A stretch of 64,000 bases of DNA, taken from Candidatus Omnitrophota bacterium (GTDB taxonomy: Bacteria > Omnitrophota > Gorgyraeia > Duberdicusellales > 4484-171). The notes beneath the pieces are model-generated. The model did no database searches. It was not told the origin of the DNA and saw only the letters and a list, made by a program, of their open reading frames with translations. Positions 12,701 through 24,700 of the stretch are shown one piece after another (position 1 is the first letter of the stretch; every line of letters starts with the position of its first letter). Both the position numbers and the translations under genes were made by a program. Where the stretch lies: assembly GCA_037146775.1 (NCBI GenBank), contig JBAWWL010000001.1, positions 69,464-133,463 of the forward strand. Reading direction: 5' to 3'.

Positions 12701-15700
12701 ACAATTAGAGCATTAGGGTTAGCTGCTTCCCGTCGCAGTAAACCTGCCCTTGCCGCCATAGAAGAACTTGCTGATACTTTGGAAGAAATCATCGCCTCTC
12801 ATTCTGAAGGCGCAAAAGAAGCAGCAATCAGGGCATTAGGAACTGCTGTTGAGTGTGGCAGCCAAACTGCTATAACCGCCATAGGAAAGTCTTTTGGTGC
12901 TTTAAAAGGCGTTATTGCATCTCAATCTCATGAGATTTTAAAAGAGATGGCAAAGTCATTGCTTAGAGACTTTTTGCACAGTGATCAAAAATTTTTGGTT
13001 AAGGAGGCTGCCAAGGGTGAGATGGACTGGCCTATTATTCTAAACAATATCTATCAAAGTTTGCTCATACAAGAACAATACCTTGGTGACTATGTAGAGG
13101 TGGTAGTCAGCGCCGACCATGAAGAACAAAACCTTCTGGCAGTGATGCTAAAGCAAAGAATCTATTGTGATGATGCAGTTACCAGGGGAGTGCTGCCTGT
13201 GCCTGTTCTTTATACTGGAATAATTCTCTTAAGCCTCAGTCAATACCTTAGCCATTATACTTTAGCCTGGGGAGAGTTTAGGAAGTTTATGGATGCCAAT
13301 CATGCTTTGTTTCATGCTCAACCCGCCATGTTTAGCCGGGATCCGACAAGAGAAGAGCTGAGGCCAAGAAAAGATAGATCATCGAGTATACTAGAAAATA
13401 TACATAATGGTCCAAGCCCCCTTTTTTATTCTAGTCATAATTTGTTGGGGGCGTCAGTACAAAGTGCCTCCAGTCCAACCATAGATTATTCAAAGCTTTT
13501 AGATCCATCCGGACGCATTACCCCGGGATTATTATTTCAAACTGATGATTCTTATGTAACACACGCGAGAGGATTATTAACTCAAGCTACCGTTGATCCG
13601 CTTGCCTTATGTTGGGCAATTCTTACTTTAACGGTTAAATTTTTCCCTGACGGCTTAAACTGTTTTAATGTTTTGCCGCTTAGGGCAAGTTTATTAGCGG
13701 AGGATTATCATGGGTTATCCCAAGACCATAACTTCTCTTTTATGCAAAGATTATTAAATCAGGGGGTTGAGATAATTAGGGACTATAAGGCTATAACAGG
13801 TTACCAGAGTGAATTCGTTTCCAGGTTTCCGGAAATTATAATAACAGCATCTCAAGAGCATTTAGGTTATGTGCAGGGTAACCTGAATAATTTGCGAGGG
13901 TTACTAAGAATTGCTCCTTTTGTTGAATTAATAGACGGTTTAACATGGAATGCCGGACGGAATAATTTCGGAACACTTTTCCGGGATCAACTGTGCGTCG
14001 CTATGAGTAATGCTTCTGACTACGCAGGTAATCTTGAATTATTCGCCAAACTGACAGCAGTTCTAAAACAATCTAGCTCACCACTCGAAGAATACACAAC
14101 CAAATCCCTGCCTTGCCGGCAGGCAGGCCACCTCCGGGGTGGGCTTTGGTTGAAAAGCAAAATTCACACCAGTTCGCCACTTGCTCAATATCCGGATTCG
14201 GAGACGATGTATCAAGATATAAAAACATTTATTGAGCGCATCGATCCATATTTACATTATCAATTAGAACAGTCTTTATATGAGCGTCCGGGAAGGCTTG
14301 ATGGTTGGCCAATAGTTTGTATTACCAGTTCTTATGTCCTTGGTAACATTTTAGCCAGGTATTTTGGGGATAAATATGGCTTAGTTTTTGGTGGTTACGC
14401 GCCAAACAGAATTGATTTTATAATGACCGAAGCGGAATTTGTGGAGGTCGATGGTTATGTAAGTTCCGGTGATCAGGGAGCGTTGATGTTGGTTTTGGGC
14501 GGCCGCGACTATGCCTTAATTAATGTGATGTACGGTTTAATCGATCCAGATTTTTGCTGGCGCACGCTGGTTGATAGAATTGATGATTACCCGAGTAAAG
14601 AAGAATTACTCAATAGGCGCAAATTCATCTGGATTGACGAAGAAACAAGGAGAGAGTCGGGCGGCGATTCTCACGGAGTTGCCAGATGGGCCTGGGAGGG
14701 CGCCTGGACGATTGCTGATAAAATTGACTGGGAGAATGTTCCCCAGACAGAACCCATAAAAACTATCAGTGGTTTATTTAGGCCATTTTGCGGCCCTTCC
14801 AGTTCGCATACTGCCGGAGCTAATAGAATTGCTACTTCCGCAAGAGAAGTTTTCTTTGCGCATCAGCAAGATTTAGGCGAATTAACCGAAATTAATGTTA
14901 CGGTTTACGATTCATATGCGACCACCGGTACAGGCCACCAGACGGCAGAAGCTTTAATTGCCGGTTTGCTGGGTATGCGTATGGATAATCCTATGATGTG
15001 GAACTCTTTTTCCGAGGCACACATGAACAGAATTATTGAAAAAACAGGATGTATTAGCCAGTGGCATGGCGCGATAAATATTGGTAACAGCCAGGATGTT
15101 TTGGTTGTACTGGATAGTGATGTTAAAACCGTAACGAAACATCCCAATACCGCCATTATTACGTTTAAGGGTGCAAAGGCAGTGCTTGTGTGTGTCGGGG
15201 AATCCCTGGGTGCTGCCGAAATCGCTATTACCGCCAAAATAACAGATGTTACTAACTCAAAAACAGATGAAATTGCTGTTCAACCCGATCAAGCCGCGTA
15301 CGTTATCCGTGGGCACCATGATTTCTTAACCGCAACTGGTTTACTCAAACTTGCAGCAAGAAAGAAATTAACCATGGTCGATTTTCTTATTGCTGGCGAA
15401 GGTAATGTTTTAGGTATATCTCGTGGTGAGCTTTATGATAATTTAAGGCATATTTGGACAATAATGTGCCAAAGTATTGAACGGGGAATACACTCATCAG
15501 AGGCTACGCTCGCGCATTATGCCGGCGATGTTGCCGTTAAGATGCATGCTTATGCCACACAGAAGAGCGCCTTGCCCTATGATTGGTACTTAAGAGCGGC
15601 TGTGTATGCTATGGCTATAGCTGAAGAAAATGCCCGCGGACATTTGATTGTGGGTGCACCTACTGGCGGTTCTTGCGGGATTATTCCGGCAGTTCTATAT

Positions 15701-18700
15701 AGTTATGTAGAAATTATGCAACAACATGGACCGATTGAAGAAGATAAAATTCTTAATGCACTTATCCTTGCCCAGGCTATTGGTAGAATTATCCAGCATA
15801 ATTATACTTTAGCTGGATCGGTTGGGGGATGCCAGGCTGAAATTGGCAGTGCTACTGCCATGGCTGCCGCAGCCCTTATGTACTTAGAGGGCGGAACAGA
15901 TGAACAAATACTTAATGCTGCAACTTATGGTCTTTTAACTTGGTTAGGTACAACTTGCGAGCCGGTGGAAGGTTTTGTAGAAGTTCCTTGTATTGATCGT
16001 AACGGCTTGGGTGCTGCATTGGCTATCGCTAGCGTATTAACAATATTTGCCAAAGAAGAGGTGCCTGTTTTTAATCTTGCAGTTAGCCACATGCAAACCG
16101 CGGGGGCCAGTATACCGGCAATTTTTAAGGAAAATATTGCCGGAGCCTTGGGAACATTTACCGACAAAACTCTCGCTAAAACAATTGAGCGTTTACGTAA
16201 AGGTTTATCTCTTGCTTATCGTACCTATGTTCAATTTAAGACACACTTAAGTCTTTCTGCCTGGCGGTTCTCGGGTGGCGTCAAAAAGAGCGCATTAGAA
16301 AGTGTTTTAGAATCAAGGCCATATTATAACGGATTTTTCCCAAGGGCTCTCTATAACTTAAAAGTTTTAGCAACCGGCAGGTTTGGAAGTTCTTTGAATG
16401 ATCCTATCGCCGACGCAGCATATCAAGCAGTTGCAGAAATTATGGATATGCCGGAGATTGATTTTGCGGTCATCACGCCTTTTAGGAAAGCGCTATTTGA
16501 GCATATTGGTTATCCTCAGCTGAATATCCGCGGTCAATTAGCGGTATCAGCTGGTTTTAGTGCGGGAGTGCTTACTCATCTTTTGGGAGCTTCAAATATC
16601 GACTTGGTCCAGAATGCATGCGCTATCTCCACTGCTAATATGCTTGGAGCATTTTATCCGACGGAAGTTCCGCAAGCACCGTTACGCGCCGCAGCGCTAA
16701 TGAGTAGCTATCTTTCGGCAATAGGGATTTTGAGCGGAGTAAAACAACGGATAACCTTCCCTAAAGTGCTTGGGTCTCTTGAGCGAGTTAACAATTATCC
16801 AGCTTGTCAGGCTTGCCAACTTGCTTGTGGCCGTCATGGTAATGAGAAGGCCAGTTCAGCTTTAGATGATAGGAGTGGTCAGAAAGTAGCGGCTCAAAAA
16901 ATCCCAGCATACGATTACCAAGAAGTTTTGCGTATAATTGATTATCTTGATAGCACGAGATTAGAAAGTAATCTAAGGCAAAAGCTTGAGAGTACTGATA
17001 CCGAACCAGTATGGATAGCAGAGGATATTTTGAGGGACGCTGCAAGATTTGGGCGCATAGCTTCACGGGTTAAAGCTCTTTATAAACGAACGTATGGTAA
17101 GCTGCCTGATTTTAGAATAGCGGTCGATCCTTCGGGTGAAGGCATGTATGGCGCATACGAAGAGGATGTTATCGCCAGCTTTTTTGACCATGTTGGCGTA
17201 GCCATCGAAGATGATATGCTTGAGGTGGGAAGCGGCGATGGTAGTATTTCAGATTTTATGGCGCACAAATTTGGTATTAGGGCTACCGGTATTGAGGTGT
17301 GGCCCCCATACTGTGAATATGCTAATTTTCTTAGAGATGAACTTGTAAGAAGAAAATTTAATAAAGCAGGTACGGTCAGGTTTCTAAATAATAATTTTGC
17401 GGACGAAAGCGTTGATTTTTCACAATACTCATTAATATATTATGCGGCACTTGGCGCGAGAAGGAAAAGTGAGCTTGCTGCTAAATTAATTGGTGTGAAA
17501 GTAAAAAGTAAGACACTAATCCGCGGTTCCTGCGATGAGTTAGTGGAAGGTATTTTAGCATCCCATCCCGATTTTGCATTAAGAAAACTTGAGATAGAGC
17601 ATAACGGAGAACTTACCGGCATCAAGGCTAGGCTTTATACCAGAGTGGCAGTGACAAGTTACGAGCCTACTCTAAATGCCAAAGTTTCTTCTTCTTTATC
17701 AGTTCTTACTTCAGGGGTTGAGGCTTTTGTCCGTTGGCATAACTATGGTTTGCGTGATCCGCGTTTAGCCATGGAGCCGCTTGAGATTATCTTTGAGGAA
17801 CTAGAGTACGAAGGGCTTTATTTTCTCCGTGACGACCATGCTTCGAAGGTGACCATTCCCGTCAATAGTTATACACGCTTCATTATGGCTGAACCACAAA
17901 GGTTTCAGTCTTTACTTGATGATATCCTTTTTGACTGGCATATGCGTCAGACCCGCAAAATTTTAATTAACCAGCTTGGTTTTGAGAGGGACGAAATTTT
18001 ACGCGATTATATAATGTATAGCGAAAGTGAGCTAGCGCATATTCATTGTGCATTAGAATTAACAAGATTTTTAATGAGCGGAGTAAAAGCGATTGATCTT
18101 GGTTCGGGCTTAGGAGGGAGCGTGGGGTGGATGTTTAATTGTGGCGCTGACGTCCAGGGTGTGGATATTTTAGAGGAAAATAACCGCTTAGCAGTGCAGA
18201 ATGATCAGAGATTGGAAGGGAGGTTATATACTGGACACATTGTCCGGCTTCCGCAATTTGCCGAAGGAGTTTTTGATATCGCCCTATGTCTTGATATTAT
18301 TTATCTTATGCCTTTACGTTTGATATTCCTTGCTGTGAAAGAGGCTGGGCGAATTCTTAAACCAGGCGGAAAGCTCGCTATTCATTCTCGTTATTCATGT
18401 GGCATGACTGAACAAACACATTTAGTTTCTTTTAAACAATGGGAAGACATTTCTCAAAGAGCCGGCCTTGAGCCCGAAGGAAATGATCTAAAATATATTG
18501 GTAATGACGGATTTATTATCTTTGGCCGTAAGAGACTTGATGTGTCTTTATCGCCAAGTGATTGCCGTCCATTTTCTCAATGTTCAAGCCCCACAGTTTC
18601 TGTTTCCGAAACACTGAGCGTCATTATTTTGCAAGATATGTTTAATACAACAGCAACAACGGATTTTCGCCAAGCTCATCATCCGGATTTAGCAGAAATC

Positions 18701-21700
18701 GAAGCCATGTATGATGCGAAAGCAGGCGTGTTAGGCGCTTATGCCAGTTCCTCGGTTGATTTCATAGAGCCCAAACCTCTTGGGCGGTTATTGTTTCATT
18801 CGGTCATGAATAGCTCTATTTCATTTTCTGCTTCAAGCGCTATATCTGCGTTACAGCGTTCATTTAGAGGGCAGACGCCGGTTTTATGGCTTGAGCTAGG
18901 CATGTCTCAAGGAAAGTATTTTGCCAAGCTTGGTGAGATTAGCGAATTAGCAATGGTTTTTAGCAAGGTAGCTAATAAAAAAGGAAAATACTCCGAAGAA
19001 GGGAAATATCTTGTCGAAGTTTTAGACGATGCCCTGAAACATACAAAAGTAAAAGGCAATCCTGTTTGGTTAAAGGCAACTAAGAGCTTTTCTGATATGT
19101 TAAAGGGTGCCTTTGCCGCGCCTGTTGAGGGGAAATATCCCCTTTATCCTTGTACCAATCTTGCCCATCAGGCTTTGATCGAAATGGTGCGGCAGTGGCC
19201 GAAACGCGAACGGCACACGCACGTGACCATGTCTATTTCACCATTAATGGTAATAGGTGAACTTAAAGAATTGCAATCGTTACCAGGTTATCGAACAGCT
19301 CTTTTAAATAAGTTTAAGCAATCAATTTCTAATCAGCCAAAGAAGGAAGACGCGCATAGAACATTTTATGAATTGCTGCAGAAGTCTAGTGATTGGCGTG
19401 ATTTGCCGGAAGATGAAGTATGGGAATTCATGAAAGACACGGGTATTCGTGATGATTATTGGATGGATTTACTTAAGCAAGATGATTACATAAAGGTATT
19501 AATAAGGCTTATCGTTGGGGTTGTCAGACAGAATTTTACTGACGGTATTACTGATCTGGAGTTACGTTTTAATCCCTTCAAGCCTTTTGGCGATAAAACC
19601 GTTGGCTGGAAAGAAGTAAAGACTTACCTAGAAAAATTAACCGAAGCAATTAAAACTGTCGAAGGAGAGGCTGACGCGGCTTTTGGACGCAGTCACCGGG
19701 TTTCCTACATGTTTTCTTTTAATAGAAGAGGCATGAGAAGAATTGATATCGCAAAAAAAGGTAAACACTTCAAAGAGGTTAGAAAAGAATGGAAAAGAAA
19801 ATTCTTTGCCCTACGTGTTTTAAGAAGAAAATGTGATCCTGAATTAAAAAATCGTTTAAACGGTATTGATATTTCTGGGGGTGAGCCTTTTGATGGTTTA
19901 GCTAAAGTTACGGTTGAGGATATTACGCGGGATTACGCTTTAATTTGGTTAGCCAACCAATTAAAAAAATTAAAAGAACAGGGTTATGAGATAAGCATGC
20001 ATTTGGGCGATTTTACTGCTCGAAGGCCTCCGGATGATCTTGATGGCCATATTGTATTTATCAGGGCTCATCTTGAAGCTTTAGAAGGTATTGTTGACAG
20101 AATAGGCCATGGTAGGATGCTTACTCCCGGAATGGTCCCTGTATGGGGTAAAGATAGTAAATGTTCATGGAAGAAGGTGTCTGAAACCTTAAGCCTTTTA
20201 GACGATTTCAGACAGAAGTATCCCCAGGTTATTATTGAAACAACACAAGAAACAGATACACAGGATTTAGTAATTTTACGGGAAAATTATCCCAACTACT
20301 GGTGGTATGAAAATGATTATAAAATGGAGATAGTATATGGTTCGGATGGTCTTTATACTAATCCGCCTACTACTTTGTCGCAGTGGCTTGTGCGATTGAT
20401 GTTGGCATCGCCTACACCCATGTATCCTTCGCAAGGAAGAATTAATGGCATTACCGTTAAGCAAATGCACACTGCGGTATCCAGTCCTGTATTGCCAAGA
20501 GAAAGATTGGGCCATGCCTTGCCGGGTATAGTCAACAAAGTTTCGATAATTAATGGAATTACCTCTCGCGGACCGCCGGAGCAATTTGAAAGTGTAACCA
20601 GCTCGCCCGCTACCGCTAAAGTAGATGTCAATGAAGTTGTGCGTGATGCGCTTTCTGTCGGCCAAAAAATCCAATTAGCATTTACGGAAAACCAATTGCG
20701 GGTTGACGTGCAATATTATAGAGGCCGCTTGCCGAAACTTTCTATAGACCGCAACAAATTACAATCTGCCATTTCAGAGGTATTCTGGAACGCAATAGAT
20801 CATTCCCCTCGAGGAGGAACAATAACCGTAAGAGTATCTTTGGAAGGTCGTAATCCCGCCAAAAGGAACGTAATAGTTTTTATTTTTAATCAAGGCGTGG
20901 GTGTAGACATAGCGACAATAGTGCGGTCAGCTCTTGGTTTAGGAGTGATCTCAGTCGATATGGTCAGCCAGCTTTCTATGCAAGATAAGCTAAATTTGGT
21001 TTTTGAAGAACATGTTACCACGAAGGAAAAAGAGATTGGTGGCTTAGGTTTATTTCTTGCCCGCCAAGACATTGAAGGCTGCGGCGGTACCATTGAAATA
21101 TATTCTACACGAGGTGTTGGGGTGTTAGTTGCGATAGTTTTGCCTGTTAAGACAGGAGCAAATTTAGTGATTTCGTCGGATAAAAAAATAAGTTCGCCTA
21201 TCGCAACGTATCAGAACCATTCTTTCAGGCAGCATTGGCCGGTAATAGATGAAGAAAAGGAGCGCAAACAAACATTCGAGCTGGTTTTTAAAGTATTTAA
21301 CCGCGCTGGCTGGTTTATTCCGGATTTAAGAGAGGCGCAGGCCTTATGCGAAGAAGCGCTTGAACTTTATCCCGCAGAAATTGACTTCTTAGAGATTTTA
21401 GCAGAGATTTATTATCGTTTAAGAGAATACAGACGCATAGTTACCTTGCTTGAACCGGTCGTTGCAATTGATACTGCATATTTACGCTGGTTTGAATGGC
21501 TTGCTAGGGCGGAGGAGAAATTAGATAACGATCACGGCGCGATTATGTATCGTGAAGCGATTGCACAAAGAAATCCTTCTGATAGTGGCAATAACCATCG
21601 TTTGAGTTCGTTATATTCCCGCACGCAAAATCGTAAAACCCGTAGCTCCTCACCAAGCGTAGTTTTAGATAATTTTTTTGCCGTTTCTAGTCCCCTGCAA

Positions 21701-24700
21701 CAAACTAAACCCTGGAAGGGTCAGGAGTCAATTACGCAAGTGGCCGAGCGAGCGCTTGAATTATTTCGTAGCCAACCTTACCGTAGTATTTGGCCTGCGG
21801 ATGCTCATTTGATAATAGATACAGGATTCTCCGAGCCGCAAATACTTAAATATCGCAGCCAAATAAGGCAGGAAGTTTTACGTTTAGCTAGCCTCCAAGA
21901 GGATTATTACCGGCGCGTTTCGCTGGAATTAAGAATCATTTTTGCTAACCAGTGTCAACTCAAACAAAAAGGAAAAGGTTGTGTTGACCCGCTGCTTTTG
22001 GCCGTATCTATATTAACTGCGGCAAGAGACCGGCTGCAGCCTACAGAATTAATCCGAGAAAATTTAATTTTACGCTCATCCCGAGTGGCCGCGATGCTTA
22101 AACGGGCTTATGATGATGGTAATAAAGATATTGTCATGGCCAAAGAACAATTACTGCATACAAACACCGTACTTTTTGAGTATATTAATTATTGGTTGGC
22201 TAGGCTATTCTTAGAGGCACGTATTTTTGATATTGAGCAAATTATTGTTTCTTTTAACCAAAAGGGAATTAAAAGCGTGCAGCTGGCAAAGGGAAAAGCA
22301 ATTGAAGAGCAAATGATGCAGGAAACCACCAGAAAACATGTCATTACTTTATTTGAGGCTATTGCCAGGCTAAAAAGTAGCGATCCCGATTTGTGTGGTA
22401 TTGTTTTGTTGAATGCCAGGGATGCGCAAAGATTGACCGGCGTTTGCACTGTAGCGCAGCGCGAAACCTGGGAACCGATGAATGACTTGCTCACGCAGGT
22501 ATTTTCAGCCGGCCCGGAAAAATGTGGTCCGGATAACGATCCTTTACGTAAAGCCGCAGAGCATTTACGCGCAGCCGCTGATATCAAAGGAAAAACCTGG
22601 CGGGTGGCCATTGCCGGACAGAAAAAAGGTTACACGCATACCCACACCGCAGTTGCGCAAGGGATAATTCTAGCCGTAGAAAAGATAGTTGTTGCTGAGC
22701 ATAGGGTTGAGCCGCGCACCTTTACTTTTACCCGCGCCAATATAGAAGAACTCTTGGAAAAATCATGTTTTCATCATCTCGAAGACGGCGGTTTGAGCGT
22801 TTTGGCGTCAGTGAAGCAGTGCGTGGATTACGCGCTTTCTGATGTTATACCGGAAGACCAAAACAGCGACCAGTATTATTGGTATTTATTAGGCCAAAGC
22901 TTAAGAAGGCTTCGGGCGAATATAGTTATTGTTGAACAAGGCTGGTCAGATGCGCGTTTACAAGGAGAAGAAGGTATAGAGCATTTAATACAATGCTCTG
23001 CTAGGTTTGCCTGCGATTTATTCTTACGCGAACCGCAGCGTAGTATCTGGCCAGGTGCTGAGAGGTTGATTCAAGAAACCGGACTTAACCCTGCGCATAC
23101 GTACAAATATTCAGAAAGAATAGAAGAAGAAACATTGATGTTAGCAAAAGCTGCGCCAGCGCAAAGCCGGCGTAGCCTCATCCAACGTATTTCTTTCGCC
23201 ATTCATTATTATCGCATGAATAAACTTAAACTTGCCGGAGTGAAGGGTTGTACTGATCCTTTGGTGGTAGCAAGAAAGATAATAGCTGTTACTGCCAGAG
23301 AAGTACGCGCTGGAAGAATAATTGCCGAAAAAGAAATAGATTTAAGGCGTAATCATATTGAAGTCGCTGCGCAATTAGGCAGAAACCTGCTTTCTAAAAA
23401 ACATGCCCATGAATTGATATGCGCTATACATTTCTGGATGGTATTATTTTTCCAGGAACCTTCCGTATATGGGGTAGAAGAGGAAGTTAGTGCACTTACC
23501 TCAAGAGGCGTTGAGAGATTGCGCATTCAATTTATCCGTAAAAACGAAGAGCCTGTCCAAACAGCAAAAACTTTACATCACCTTGAGACAATACTGGCTT
23601 TAGCAATATTGGCCCCCGAAACAGATGTCGTTCAGGCAGTAGCTGGGGTTACGACACAGGTTGTATTAGCTGTTGATGCGCCTGAAGTTATAATACCTGT
23701 TGATCTAGGGACAGTTTTAGAAGATAGTGTTTTACCACCGTCCCCTGCAATCGCTCCGGCTTTAGGCGCTGCTGTTCTTGTAACTGAATCTTTTAGTGGT
23801 CAGATTCCCGCAGAAGTCATCGCGGCTAAACCAACCCTGGAAACTCAAGTCTTAACAGAACCAGCCACCGTATTAGCTGCAGTTACCAAGGATGAAGTTC
23901 GTGTTCCAGGGCAAGCCGGCATAGTTCCTTTAACTAGCCAACCGCGTTTAGTGGCAATAAATAAGCCGGAAAACGTTATGGTTGGCAAAAAATTTACGAT
24001 TATAGTTGAAATTTTAGATGTACAGGGAAATCCTGATGTAAAAGTGAGAGAGAAAATTACTTTTGAATCAAGCGATAGTGAAGCAAGCTATCCCACTAAA
24101 CCATATTATTTTACAAAACAAGACCAAGGCCAGCATGTTTTTAGTATAACTTTTGGAACTGTGGGGAGACAATGTTTGATTATCGCAGATTCCCACGATC
24201 ATTCATTAACTTTAAGTTTTGCGGTGGAGCCTACCTTAGAGCAAAGAACCGCATCTGAAGTTGAGCCCGTAGCGCATGTCCATGAATTTGTGAGCATTTC
24301 TCCCGAAACTCAGGCACAAGAGAGGTTATCGGGAGAAAATTTAAAAATTATGCAGGCAGGTATTGAGCATTTGCGTAGAGGCTGCACGAATATTATTATT
24401 ATGGGGAAAATTAAACTGATTGAAGAAGCCTTAGTTATGATTCATATCATGCAAGCCTTTACTCGAGGCCTCTGGAGTAGAACGGAAATTCGTTATGGTG
24501 GAGGAATGACAGAGGCGAATGTAAGAGAAGCATATCTGGCAATGCGTCATGATATTGAGGCCGGCGAAACCGATAACGTAATGGAAGGCACTCGTATCTC
24601 AGGTATTTTTTCAAGAATTGAGGTAATAGAAGATGGATTAAACCGCTCTATTGGGGTATTGCCGAGATCCATGGATTCGCTTGAACAGGTGTATTCAGTA

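Noticed and set aside
14180-14740. Second transglutaminase-like domain
   Set aside because: A Cys-containing helix is present but the expected His and Asp are not; left unassigned.
14792-14809. GPSSSH counted as an SS linker
   Set aside because: It is the conserved N-terminal motif of serine dehydratase, not a delimiter.
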